DNA of 63,312 nucleotides, filler included, from Folioceros fuciformis (Eukaryota), in assembly GCA_049999805.1 (NCBI GenBank). It is 10 parts of 10 records of this genome, joined end to end, with 100 filler letters (N's around TTAATTAATTAA, not from the genome) between each part and the next. Parts side by side here need not be neighbours in the genome. Positions count along the whole stretch, not along the records: positions 36,302 to 45,131 come from JBNGIO010000908.1; positions 45,232 to 48,931 come from JBNGIO010000909.1; positions 49,032 to 58,291 come from JBNGIO010000910.1; 7 more parts are not named here. One strand, 5' to 3'. Shown one piece after another: positions 38,583 through 52,100 of the stretch (position 1 is its first letter; every line of letters starts with the position of its first letter). Below the pieces are notes generated by a model. That model was not told the DNA's origin, did not search any database, and saw only the letters and a program-made list of their open reading frames with translations. Both the position numbers and the translations under genes were made by a program.

Positions 38583-41007
38583 TCAGTATGGTCGATACTC
38601 TGGTGGCTGCACTTCTTCCACAGCTGTGCGAGATGGATCAGAAATGGAAGTCCAGCTTAGGGTTGGAGTCGAGTTCCAAGACGACGAGGCTGCAGGGGAG
38701 TGAGCAGGAGGAGCAACCTTGCCATTACAGCTCTCACAAGTTGCGTTCAACTCGATGGCTTCCTCAATCATCCGTAGAACTTCGCACATGTTTGGCCGAT
38801 TTTTACTGTACCGTTGGCAGCACAGGATTGCGCAGTGAATAATCTTTGTCACGGATTTGCGGCTGTAGGTGCCACGTAGTCTTGGGTCTGTGACGGCCTC
38901 ACACCCATGAGAAGGATAGAGGGAGTTGAACCAGGGAAGAACCTGCCGTGCGATCAATCGAAGTGGGGTCATGCTCAGAACGAGTAAGCTCGGAATGTGA
39001 CTTACAGGTTGGAGACAGAGAACGAATACAAGTACCTCCCATTCGTGCTCTGCCTTGGTGAGGTCGACTGCTCGTCGTCCCGTGACGAGCTCGAGTAAAA
39101 CAATGCCGAAGCTGTACACGTCACTCTTGTGAGTCAGCTGTCGGCTAACATGGTACAGTGGATCAACATAGCCTCTGGTGCCCTTTACCCCTGTTGTGAG
39201 ATGTAATTTGTCATCGGGAACCACTGTGGAGATGCCAAAATCTCCCACTTTTGCCCTGAGATCTGCGTCCAGGAGTATGTTGCTTGGCTTGAGATCCCGA
39301 TGGATGACACTGATCTTCGTTTCTGCCTGTTTAGGAATGAGGATGAGAGCAGCACATGTACGGCAGGGCCGCTGTTTGCATTCTAGGCCCTGTTTGAACA
39401 AACACAACAGCAAGGGCTACTAGGCTCACCCGTCTGGACATCCTGTTGTCTCGGACTCCCTTAACTGAAGCTTCAGATTTCTGCTTGAACGGGAAAACAC
39501 ATGTCAGACTCTAGTAGCCAGATTAAAGGTAATGAAGCTTGGAAACAAAACACTGGCCTCAGAAAAACATTACTCCACAGTGTAGATAAACCACTGCTCG
39601 AGCAGCGTCGTGGGCAATTCTCAATCTGTCTGCCCAGCTCAGCACAGTGACCTCAGAAACTGGGCCATACAAATGATCAGCCAGTGTCCCGTTCGGCATG
39701 TATTCATACACCAGCATCACCTTGTTGCAGGCACTGTCGGTATTGCAATAGCCCAGTAGCTTCACCAAACGCCTGCATTTGCAAGCCACGGGTCACCGAC
39801 CCGACATCCAACAGTTCAAGAAGGTCTCCAGCAAGAACATTTCGCCCTCACAACGGGAACTTATAAGCTGAACTCCAGATATTCCAGAAACGATCAATAC
39901 TTACCGGTGGTGAAGAGCAGACAGGATCTCTATCTCCTTCAGCATCTCCTTCATCCCACCCTCTTTAGTTGTCGGTATACCTCGCTTGACGGCTATTAGC
40001 TTCCCAGACTCCAGTGTCCCTTTGAAAACCTCCCCAAATCCTCCGGACCCAATTTTAGTGGTAAACTTGTTTGTTGCATGCTCCAAGTCTTTGTACGTAA
40101 ACACCTTCAATGGCCGATGCAAAGCACTCTTGCACGTGGGGCACTTGTGCCGACTCCCACTAGGCTGAGAGCAGCAGTTCAGATGAGAGACCAAGAATCT
40201 GGAACTACAAGAGCACTTTGGTCTGTGGAAGAAGAGAAACATGCTCAATACGGACATCACCATCAACGAGCCTCCACACAACCTCGCCCTCCTACGAAAC
40301 TTCGCCAAGACTTCTGTCCTCGATGCCACGTATGGAGATGCATCATTCAGCAAAGTAGACGTAAGTTGCCGCCGACCTGGAAGCGTTCCTAGTGAAAACG
40401 GTTTTGGCAAACCACCACCTTCAGATCTGCCTGTGACCTGAAGTTCTATGTCAATGGCAGCTGCTTCTGGACCGCGTGTTCTGTCCAGACTGTCTTTCGA
40501 ACTCTCTGTATGATAGGTTCTCCTTCCAGGATCATGGGTAAGCTTCCTCGAAAGGCTGCGTGATATCTGCCCTTGCCGTGCGGCCTGTTGCATGTGCGTT
40601 CTGTCTGCAAACCTCTCCTGCTGTCCTGTCCATGTGCTGCTACCTTTCAGCAAAAGCTGAGTTCCCCTTCCCCCTTGTCCACAGGCTCCAGGCGTGACTT
40701 CTCGATACCCCAAATGCCTCCTCCCCGAACAACCCTTCCACAAATCGGTGTCAGCTTCCTTCTTGAACAGAACAAAGTCAGGGTGCTCAGGGCCTGTCTG
40801 AGCTTCAAAACTCTCTGTAGTGACCTGCCAACCAGCCCCAGTCTGTTTTGAGTATGTGAGGAACCCACGTTCCCTGATAGCAGAAACAGACACACTCCTG
40901 TTCGATGCTACATGAGGGCAGACAGCGGACTTGCTCACCAAAGCACTCATGAGAGCAATATACAGAAGGACAGCCAGAACTATGATTCCCACGCTCCATC
41001 TTCGCAT
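38583..41007 (-). CDS. Receptor-like Ser/Thr kinase (RLK/Pelle), multi-exon
   Basis: N-terminal hydrophobic segment, second TM, FTYKDLEHATNKF..IGSGGFGEVFKG..IAVK, LVYEYMPNGTL, HRDLKPSNILLD..DFG, KGTRGYVDP, KSDVYSFG. Confidence 0.88.
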
Positions 41008-43644
41008 GCTTCTTTCCCCAATCTATCTTCCAGATCCGGAGCACTTAAACTGCCTCTGTCGATGGGATCAATCTCGCACCTCCAACCTTATTCCATCTCT
41101 CTCGTTACTGCCACAAAAACATCAATATATTCTTCCAATGGCAAACACCATGCCCACTCCAATCCATCACCACCTGCATGCAGGTGGCCGCGTCACCAGC
41201 TCCTGGGCTCGTGGAGGGAAAGGGCTAAGCCGACCCATTTTAAGACCTATTCGTCACATGTCAAGTCCGCTCGCTGGACATCATCGTAATGCCCGCCTGC
41301 TCCATTGGCGTTCTCACAGCCTGGCCCCCATCACACCACATCACCTAGCCGTATTAGGACTAACTCCGCTAAAAGGACAGAAAACGCAGCTAGACTTGGC
41401 AGATTCATCTCATCTCACTGCTTGTCCCATCCGGGGAATAGCATGCAGCTGTGTGGACCGAGGGTGCCTTTGCCTTGTCCTCATTATGGCCACAACTGGA
41501 GTGACCTACACAAGGCAGCAGGTGCGGTTAAGCACGATTCTCTGAAGTTGCGTAGATTCTTGGCTTACCAAAAAGCGATGCGCGTAGCCTGCATGGTTTC
41601 ACTTCGAGGCAGGGTGAGCAACATCGTTACACGGATGGGGACAGGTCGTCGGCACAGACAATGAAACTGGTGCCGTGCTCCATGCCATATGCCCCTTCAT
41701 GCTTCAAAGGGCAACTGGCTCACCACCAGCCCTCCTCCCATTTGCAGCCTGGAAGAAGCAACCTTCCCAATCCTGATTCCATCTACCTCCCTTTGTTACG
41801 ATTGTACGTTCATACCACCCACCAGGTGAGAAGTCTCCTCCCCCGAGATCACATGTTGAAACACGAAACTCTTTCTCCAGGTCACCGTCAGTACGATTGT
41901 CCGAGTTGTCCTGATTACCTGAAGCGACGGGAAGGAGGAGCTGGAAGGGGACCCAGATGCTTCTCGACAAACCGGACATGAACTTCTCGGGGCTTCCACT
42001 TGGTACACCTGCAGGAGAAACTCTCTGGGTCGGGAATTCAGTGGTATCACAGCAGCCGGCACCTGCCATTTGTTGAGAGCAATTTTGTGTGTCACCCGTC
42101 GGCACCCCTGACTTGAGTTCCATCCTCCTGCTTTCCTCTGTGCTCTCGCAGTATTATGTCCATGCACATCACAAGATTTGCCAGCCTGGAGCCCTTCGAT
42201 GCAATTCCACCAAGCCAGCATTCTTCAGTGGTGGAATGGGATTCACCTCTGCAGCCTTCCATCTTGAGTGAATGCATTGGCACTGAAGGAGATTGCACCT
42301 GCTACGCGTCATGTCACTCATGCTTCCTACAATGCTCCCTCAGTGCTAAGAGTTGAGACAGTTCGAGTGGGAGGAGAACACCCTGCTTGAGTAACACGGA
42401 CGTAGGACAAAGGCAGCCTATGTTTGCCGATGACTCCTCAGACTATGATATGTTGTTGCCCAAGCGCATCCACTCAGACGACAGGATGAAAGCAACCCTA
42501 TCGATGTGGAATCCAGGACTACGACGCTGCTCCAATTCGAGACTGTCTCTTCTGACAGTTCAGTTCTCTATTCCAACAATCGCAGGCCTAGAGGTTGCAC
42601 CTGTCAAGCTTGGATTCAGACCTGCCAAATCTCCCGAACTTGCAAACTTGTACAAGAATCTGGTTGACAAACTGAATTTGCATCATACGGGTCGTACCAT
42701 TCTCATGAAGAAGTTTCAGCTGCTTCCCTGAGCAACGGCTTTCTGCCAATTCTGGCCGAATCGACTCAGCCCAAATTCCTAGGGTGCCCGCTCATGCATC
42801 CTGTGAAACAAAATCAGCAACACCAATTACAGGTGAGGATTTTTGGAATATAGGGCTCTGTCCGTAGACCAGGACACAATAAAACTGTTACACACTCAAG
42901 TGAGTGTGTGAACAGATAGATGGTACCTCCACATTCCCGATAGCTTTCCCGCCGGTCGCACATTAGTAGACGAGTAGACTGACGTTGACTATACCACGCG
43001 CCTTCCAGTTCCAGCCAGAATCCTGAGTATGAACAGCCTGGCACTGACAGCACAGTGAATGACTGGGTGCCACCTGTGACGGGCGTGCGGTACGCAGCAA
43101 TTACGCGAATATGACCTCTTCAACCGGGAGGTGGAGGACAAAGTGGTAACCGAAGTAGATCACAAAGTGATTAGAGTTTGCAGACACCAAATGAATGGAT
43201 GCAGCAGGTCAAAGGACAAGCACACGCGAATGACAAAATTGCCAGACAAATGGCAGCTGCTTACTTGTACCACGCAGCCGCAGAGCCACCAGGCACGGTC
43301 TCTACAAAAGCAGAAACACTAGCAAGAATTACACATTCATTGCTTGCTTAAGAATGTGAAAGAATCTACTACACAACAATCCTCTTCCGTTTGGTCCCTT
43401 CAGTCCTTAATAATCTACTTCCTGCCTTTAAACCCTGAGCTGACACTAGTAAGGGAGGAGACGACATCAACTGCATTGGCACCGCTTTCGGTGCATCTAC
43501 ACTTAATTAGACAAAGACACACACAAAGACAAAAAGGCTTGGCTATGCTGGTCGCTGCAGAGAGTAACAAGACAGTCAATTCACCTAAACAATGGAGAAG
43601 GAACGTATATACGCTGGGAAGGCATCGAAAGGAAGGAAAGTATT

Positions 43645-45131
43645 CTAGACTCTGCTCCTTAACTCCTTCCTCAAGATTTTGCCAGAAGCAGACTTCGGCA
43701 CAGCGTCGATGAAGAACACGTGGTGAATCTTTTTATAGAACACCACATCCTTGGCCACATACTCCTTAAGAGCCTGCTCTGTAACCTCAGAACCTTCTTT
43801 CCGCACAACAAACGCCACAGGAACTTCTCCAGCTGCTTCGTCTTTCTTTGGCACAACAGCGGCATCAGCCACATCTGGGTGCGCTAGCAGCAGGGCCTCC
43901 AACTCCGCAGGGGGGACCTGAAAGCCTTTGAACTTGATGATCTCCTTCACCCGATCCACGATGAAAATCTCCCCGTCCGAGTCGACCACACCAATGTCAC
44001 CTGTATGCAGCCAGCCGTGCTTGTCGATGGTGCTCGCAGTAGCCTCTGGATTGTTGAAGTATCCTTTCATAATCTGAGGCCCGCGGATACAGATCTCCCC
44101 AGCTTCGCCGACCGGCAAGCTCACTCCGGTTTCGGAATCCACGACCTTCAACTCCGCATTCCTCATCACCATTCCGACAGACCCCGACTTCATCTGCTTC
44201 GGCTCCTTCGAGAAGGCCAGACTCATTGCCAACACCGGCCCTGCCTCCGTCATACCATACCCTTGCCCGACAATAGCCTGAGGCAACTTTTGACGGAGCG
44301 CATCCTCCAGCTCCTTCCCGAGCGGCGCCGCACCGGACATCACCCTGGTGATGCTGCTCAGATCATACTTCTCCACAATAGGACTCTTACTGATAGCCAA
44401 CACAATAGGCGGAACCACAGGCGCCACTGTGATCTTAAACTTCTCCACCAACCTCAACAAGCTCTCAATCTCAAACTTTTGCATAATCAACAGTGCCGCC
44501 CCAGCTCGCAGACCGCACAGCATCACAGAATTCAAGGAGTAGATGTGAAACATGGGAAGCAAGCACAGCATCACATCGTCCGTGGTCAGATGAAGGTGGG
44601 GGCAGTCTCCATCGACCTGCTGCGCCACGCTCGAGATCAGGCTCTTGTGCGTCAACATCACACCTTTCGGAAGCCCGGTCGTGCCAGAACTGTACGGCAA
44701 ACAAACAACAGACTCCGGATCCACATCCACCGGGGTAAACTTGCATTCATCCGCCTCCAAGAGCAAAGCAGCGCTCTCACATCCTTCCGGGGGGGCATCA
44801 ATCGTCAAAACTTTAGCTCCCAACCCAGACACCTTTCCGGCCCAGGCGCTCTGAGTGACAATCACCTTAGCTCCCGCCGCCTTGATCTGGTTCGCCAGCT
44901 CTCCGGCCGTGTAGAACGGATTGGCTGTGGTCACGACAGCTCCGCGCAACGCAACCCCGAGGAAAATCAGCGCGAATTCGCAGGTGTTTGGCAGCAACAG
45001 GCAGACGATGTCACCCTTCCCGACTCCCAAGCCCACCAGCCCGGCGGCGACCCGCCTAGACACCACCTCCACCTCGCTGTAGGTATACGTCTTCCCCGTG
45101 GGCCCGTCGATGAGACACGGCTTATCCCCGT
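43645..45131 (-). CDS. 4CL: 4-coumarate:CoA ligase (5' end in gap; visible part intronless)
   Basis: [18 protein letters not shown] (Box I), GEICIRG (Box II), [29 protein letters not shown]. Confidence 0.96.
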
Positions 45132-45472
45132 NNNNNNNNNNNNNNNNNNNNNNNNNNNNNNNNNNNNNNNNNNNNTTAATTAATTAANNNNNNNNNNNNN
45201 NNNNNNNNNNNNNNNNNNNNNNNNNNNNNNNCTATACAATAAGGAACAGCCTTAATAAAAATAATATTAATCACCAAAGTCTTGATGACTTGATCAAGCT
45301 TAATAAAATGCAAGTAAGGCGCGACGCTCATCAATACTATAATGAACAAAAACAAGCAAATCTTGCTAAGGAACAAATATCCTTAGAGCGAGTCTCAAGA
45401 CATGAAAAAAAATAGAGCAGCAAGACGAAATGCACCCTACTCAGTATCCAAGGTTCGTAACTAGCCACTTTC

Positions 45473-48400
45473 CTATGTCATGTTAGGTGCATAAGTACGT
45501 AGGGCAACTTGTATATTGCATATTTTATGGTGTACCATTCTTTCTGCCAAACCATTAACCTCCAGGTGATTTCTTGAAGTTACCCTATGATCAATAAGGT
45601 ACTCATTTAAAAATTCATCAAATTCTGCCATAAATTCAGTGCCTTGATTTGTCAAAACTTCTACACAAGCCCCAAAAACACTCAACACATGATTAAGAAA
45701 TGCTTTCTTAATGTCATGAGTCTTCTTCTCTCTCAAAGGCACCAAAAGTTTCCACTTAGAAAAATGTTCTATCATCACCAACACATATTTAAACCCTCTA
45801 CGCGTCACTAGTAACTCTCCAGCTAAATTCAAACTCCACCTATAAAACATCCCCCTAATAGGAAGCGGATGAAGCTCAGAAGTTGCCACCCATCATCACC
45901 CTCTCTAACATATTCTTATCTTCCCAGACATCTATTGACACCGAAGGAACTCCCAACTCCACCAAATTCACCAAGTATGCACTCGGAGTCCATCTGGACA
46001 CCACTAGATTACAGTCAACCCCAACATTCTTATCAAAATCTTGCCTGGCAACTGTTGAATCCTCTGAACTTCCTAATGGATTCCTTGGCAACACATCTGC
46101 ATTTGCGTGTTTCACTCCCGCCCTATGCTCAATAGAAAAATTATACTCCTACAAAATAAGTGCCCACCTTGCTAACTTTCCTGTCAACTTTTCACTCTTC
46201 ATCAACCACTTCAAAGGCTGATGATCCGCCACCAACTCAAATTGAGCCCCATACAAATAAGGCATGAAATGCGATACTGCCCATACCGCCACCAAACATT
46301 CCCCATAATATGAGGAATAATTGCTCTGTGCAGAATTGTTACTCATGCTTGCATATGCTACCACATGCTCCACCCCACTCTCATCATCCTGCACCAGCAT
46401 TGCTCCCAGACCAAGTTTGCTCCAATCTATATATAACTTAAACTTTCTATCAAAATTGGGTCTTGTCAGTAAAGGCTTGCTCATCAAAATGTCCTTTAGC
46501 TCCTTAAATGCTCTCTGTTGATCTTCTCCCCAAACCCACACTACATCTTTCTTTAATAACATTGTCATCGGTTTTACCACCATACTGTGGTTTGCCACAA
46601 AATTGCGATAATAATTTACCAATTCTAAAAAGGAGCGCAAAGTTCCCACTTCTGAAGGCGACATCATTTTTGCTATCGCTTCAACCTTAACATCAGACGG
46701 TGCCGTACCCCTAGGCACTATAAAATGTCCCAAATATGCTATCTTAGAGGATCCAAACCTGCACTTTTGTGGATGACATGTCAAACCAACCTCCTTCAGT
46801 CTATCCAACACTCTCCTAACATGCTCCTTATGTTCTTCCACACAGTTACTAAAAATTATCACATCATCTATGTAACACCTAGTGAAAGGCAAACCCCGCA
46901 ACGTTTGATCCATCGCTCTCTGAAAAGCAATAGGAGCATTCTTCAGCCCAAATGGGATAACCACCCATTCCCACTAACATCTATTGCCCCAAAAAGCAAT
47001 CTTCTTCTTATCTTCCTCTTCAATTTCAATTTGATTAAAACCACCCCTCAATTCCAATGTTGAAAATATCTTACATTCACCAATTGCAGCAAAAATTTCC
47101 TCTGGAGTTGGCATTGCATATATGTCCATAGGCGTCACTTCATTAAGCAGCCTATAGTCACCACACATTCTCTTTTCTGTCCAATTGCCATGCACATCCT
47201 TCTTTGGTGGAAGCACCATAGCTGCTGCATACTCTCGCTCCAAAGACCTTATAAATCCAGCTTCAAGTAGCTCTTGACACTTCTTGTCCACAATTTCATT
47301 CTCCAGTTTACTCAAACGGTATGGCCTTCTAAAAACTGGTTCAGAAGTTTTAAGCCGAATCTTAAACTTAAACATCTTGTGCCTACCCAATTCCTTATTG
47401 GAAAAAGCAAATACTTGCCTGCTACTTTCCAAAATCCTTACAAAATCCTCCCTAGCCTCCAAAGTTATCTCATCAGAAATACGCCACTAAAAATCCATAC
47501 ATTCCTGTTTCTCATGGACATTAACCTCATAGCTTGAGCTAGCCACATTCCCAGCTTTTCTTTCTACATCTACAACCTTTGCCCCATATCTCATTTGCTT
47601 GCTCTGCTTACCCTCATCACCTAAAACCTCATCATGCTCTCTCATTCTTTTAGTCTCCTCTCAAGCGTCTAAACCTTCATATCTTCTTACTGTACCCAGA
47701 CTACGTCTCTCCAACCTTGTGCTTAAAATAACTTTCCACTTTCTCTTCCACTCTTGATAAACTTTTATAGACATCATAAGCCACCTAATTGTATTCAAAT
47801 CCATAACTTGTCCGAGTTTTTTATTCCTCTGCTCAAATGTTATGCCCCCTCTTCGTATCAAATATCATCCTAGGTCCTTCCCCTTTAAATGCATTGGCGT
47901 CCTCAAAACTTACAAATGTCGGTAACGCCCTCCTGAGCTCCCCCTTTTTATTTACACAATAAAAAGGTTGTCTATCATCTAAAGTCACATGCTTACTCAC
48001 TCGCCCCTCATCTAATATCTGATCAACTATTAAATCATCATCCCTACGCCACTGACTCATAAGCATCTGCAACAAATGCCTAGGCATCATGTTATTCCAA
48101 AAACAGCGATGCCTATGAGCCCTAGATCCAAACTTCACTACATCCAACTTTATAGGTTCACCCAAATAATACTTGATCTCCTCAAAATCTCGCCTCAACA
48201 CCATTCTTCTATTCATTTACGAATCCACATTCTCAATCAAAAAACCACATTCTTTCCTCTGATGCTTTTGCACCAAATTCAAAATCCTTATTAGCTCATA
48301 AAATAACACCGACCTATAATCCAATAAGCCTTTTTCCTTGCCTGCCATTGAATGCCCTTGACATTCCCAGCCAGCTATTATCAGATCAATTTCTTCCTCC

Positions 48401-48931
48401 ATTTGAAATTGTACTAATCCAGTAAGCTTAACGTCTTGCGGCCAAGTAGAAAACGCTTACTTCACAGCTTCAACCTTTAATTGTTCAGGATACTTTTTGC
48501 ATAATTTAAACACCCTTGCCTTTGCAATTGCCTGACAAACTTCATCTGCATCACAATAAATGTAATGTTTGACCACATTCCCAGTAGCCAACACAGCCTC
48601 TAGACCAAATGCAATCCCAGCAAACAACTCAACCACAACCAATCCATACTCAGACGAATTGTTTACAAACTACTTCCTTTGTACAAAGCTGAATTTTATC
48701 ATCTAGCTAAAACTCAATCTGTCGCTTTTCAAGCTCTCTAAAAATTTCAGCTAATGTTCTACCAACATTTTCTCTCATTGCAATTTCTTCCACTATGTTA
48801 TGACTATATTCCTTTAAAGATAATTATCAATATGTCGCTCCACCCACAATTTATCGTCTTCATCTTCTTCCTCTTGTTCATCCTAAGAAGTTGTCATCTC
48901 TACCACACACACATCTTGCATGTCCTCCTGT
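45473..48931 (-). mobile_element. Ty3/Gypsy LTR retrotransposon pol region (DNMT, RT, RNase H, integrase), degenerate, 5' end in gap
   Basis: RT: RRPYRLS, KRMCGDYRLLN, PFGLKNAP, YIDDVII. RNase H: LYIDWS..GLGAML, YGECL-AVWAV, ADHQPL, KLARWAL. Integrase: VMIEHFSKW, VLTNQGTEF, NGLAERMV. RT-RH-IN order is Gypsy. Confidence 0.93.
47760..48650 (-). pseudogene. C5-cytosine DNA methyltransferase (DNMT3-like) domain within the Gypsy pol; two in-frame TAA stops and a deletion/frameshift
   Basis: Motif I VVELFAGI, motif IV DLIIAGWECQGHS.AG, RSVLFYELIRIL, motif VI FLIENV, motif VIII AHRHRCFWNN, motif X EQRNKKLGQVMDLNTIRWL. Confidence 0.88.
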
Positions 48932-49125
48932 NNNNNNNNNNNNNNNNNNNNNNNNNNNNNNNNNNNNNNNNNNNNTTAATTAATTAANNNNNNNNNNNNN
49001 NNNNNNNNNNNNNNNNNNNNNNNNNNNNNNNTCCTGGATGCTTGTCTCTTGGAATTGGTCACTGGCAAAGGTGACGATGATCACGTTCTGAAACTTTGGA
49101 CGGGTTGCTGCCAGAAGGCCGAAAA

Positions 49126-52100
49126 ATGGACGATCAAGAATCTGTCACCATGTCTCTCGGAGGGACAGACAAAGGTTCTGTCTCAAACTTTCAAGGGACA
49201 GGAGGCAGCGTAAGCCGGAACTCCATTCTGGTGCGATCAAGCTTTAGAGGCTCTTTCTCGAGCCTCCTACTCCAGTTAGGTCCGAAGACCAAGCAAAAGG
49301 GAGATGCAGCATCAGCTGCTGGCTCCCGCGCATCGTCTTACAGGTCGAGGAGGCAGTCGGCCAGCTCACAGATGTCATACTCCTCCAGGTTCTTGCTCGG
49401 ACCTCCGTTTCTGAGACCACATGCCTACTGCGGGAGGCACTAGCGTTTGCGGGGATCCTAATATGGAGTCTCCCATGTGCAATCCTTCAATTCCGATGGC
49501 AGGTCGGGCATGAGGCCTCGTGCCAAAAAGAAGAAGGCTGCGGAAAATGTGGAGCCTGAAAATATAAGAGTGAGCGCTTTTGGCTTGGGGTGGAGGCAAC
49601 CTGATTGATGGCATCTCTAGGAACTGGAAAGCACTTGTTTGAATGACTCGTCCCATGTAAATGCAATCTCAGCAGCGTAGCGATTCTTGAAGCCCTAGAG
49701 CTGTGTGTGGGTCTCCATGAGCTGACGCCGCAGGGAAATGACCAGGTGATCGATGAGAATGGCGTTGATGTAACACCAAAGCCGTTGGTGTCGATTAAGC
49801 CAACTGTTCTGCATGAGAAGCTGCTGCAAGCGAGTCCTGGGCATGTGTCTCCAGCAGAATTTGAACGTGATAAATCAGCATCTGCCTACAGGTTCTAATA
49901 TCTCGCCTTACGTGGCTCCCGTTGTTCTATCCTAAAGGTGTCGACACGACAGCACCTGCGGACTGAGTGTCTTTCTCCACATTGGCTGCAACAGTGGATC
50001 TCGGTATTCTAGAAGAAGCAGCGTTGCAAGTCTCACTCCCGAGACTTTAGATGGAGAAGAATCCTCTGAACGCGATGATGATGCAAGCAAAAAAGGAGCA
50101 GCTAAAGACAAGGGCTCTAGGCTGAGAGTCAGTCCCACGCTTTTGTCAACCAACATACGTTTGCCAGAACCAACAAGTAAGGTCCGTTCCAGATGAACAC
50201 ATGCATCCTGTACGCTTTCTTACAATAGGGGTCTGACTCTCATGCGCATAGTCTCTAGTCATAGTTAATTCTAAAGCGAATGACCATGGTATTCACGATT
50301 CTCCCATTCTCGCACCGGCACCGAACTTCAATGCTGAGAAAATCCTGGAAGATGTGCTGCAGGATTATGAAAAGAATGTTCTGGTGACGCTGAGTGAGAG
50401 CGAAACTGCTGTCTTGCTAAGCATTAGGGGGAACAGCATCTCTAACGCGTATGAGAAGGTTAATCAAGTGTTGGAGAGGAACAACCGGTACAAAAAACTC
50501 CTACAGGTTTGTTGTTATCAGAGCTTCCAAGAGCGCTCATGCAATTTCTGATTGACCCTTCACAAGAGTCTAAGGTTCAAGCTGCCATGGAATTCCCTCG
50601 ACCCCACCGTCAACTTTCACCTTCCATGTGTGCAGTTCAAACTGGGGAGTGACAATTATTCCAGCTCCGCTACTCAAACAATGCTAGCGTTCCAGAAATG
50701 TAAAGAGGCTCAGATTTCGACATTAGGAACATACTCGTCAGGAGTCCAGGTGCTTCAACTTGCATCTTGATAATGATTTAGTAGCTAACCCGGATGAAAT
50801 GAGTCCATTCCATCTTACTCCTCCTCTGCTGCCCCAACAGGCAAACTCTTGGGACATCTGTGATGAGCAAGCTGAAGAGGTAGAAAGGCTAAGATTGCTG
50901 ACGGCGAGCACTGGTTCCATTATCACAAACTCGTTGGACCCAGTACGAAGGGTGAGTTCCGAGTCCCGTGATGAAGGAAGGCGGGTTGCCTAAAACTTCC
51001 GTCGCGAATAATACCCGTAGTACTTCCTGCGATAATCTGGCAGGCTTCTCAACGAGTTAGCGCATCAGAGAGTATGCTGGAAATGGTTATTGGGGATGAC
51101 TTGAATGACGACCAATTATTCCCAAGCGAAGAAGAGAGGGCTGCCCTTAAAGCGGCTGATGAAGAGAAAGCCCAGAGTTTGGTTGTCGACCTTAACAACA
51201 TTGCCGGTCTTGCCAGGGCATTGGAGATTGCAGAACGAGCAATTGTACAAAATGCCTATCATGACAGGGTAATAGTTCACAACCACACATGCCGATACTG
51301 TCGGTACACGTTTGTCAATATGCATCCACACGGAAATCAGCATTTCCTAATGACGCATTATTATGCATCAGCTGCTATTATATCGTGATTTTAGACGAAG
51401 GGATACAGGTGCGTTTGAGGCCCGGCACTCCCTAACTGGACAAAATTTGATAGCACCAGCTGAGACTGTTGTTACCAAGAGAGCCAGCGTTGGGTCTACA
51501 ACCACTGGGGTGGTATTCACTGGACAATTGTTTTCGTTATGGAGCTTTGAAAGCGATGCTACAAATGACAGGAATGTCAGCTGCATGGTTTGGAACAAAG
51601 TATGTTCTGCATTTTTTCTCCCAAAGCATTTAGTTGCCTAGCAGAAGATTTCTCAGCCGCTATATCGGTCTTTTCTTCCCTGAACACATCATGCCTATTT
51701 GATTGTTCCAGGTAAGCAAGGATATGGTAGCAGTAGGCTATGGTCAATTTGAGTTTGGAGCACAAAAGGATGGCCTCGTGGGCTTCTGGTCTTTGAAGAA
51801 TCCACGATATCCACATGCAATATTGCACACAAAATCAGGAGTCACAGCGTTGGACTTTGCCTCTCTCAGTCCAAGTCTTCTCGCTGGTGAGTTATGCCTG
51901 ACTTCGTGTTTGGAATCCTCACACAGTACAATCCAAATAGCGAATGCATCGATTCTGCAGGTTGTGATTTGGTCACCATTTGCATAACCAGGCCCCTTGT
52001 TTCACGTTGCAGTTGGCTTTTACAGTGGGAACTTGGCAATATATGACGTGCGAAACCCACAAGAAGAACAACCAGTGGTGAAAAGCTCTCACCAAGTGGG

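Noticed and set aside
41050-43600. Overlapping ORFs between the RLK and 4CL
   Set aside because: No identifiable protein motifs.
44005-45131. 392-aa plus-strand ORF
   Set aside because: Antisense shadow of 4CL caused by codon bias.
48217-48459. TAA stops in the DNMT as programmed read-through or U-to-C editing sites
   Set aside because: Reverse editing is organellar; the element also has frameshifts and deletions, so mutational decay is the simpler explanation.
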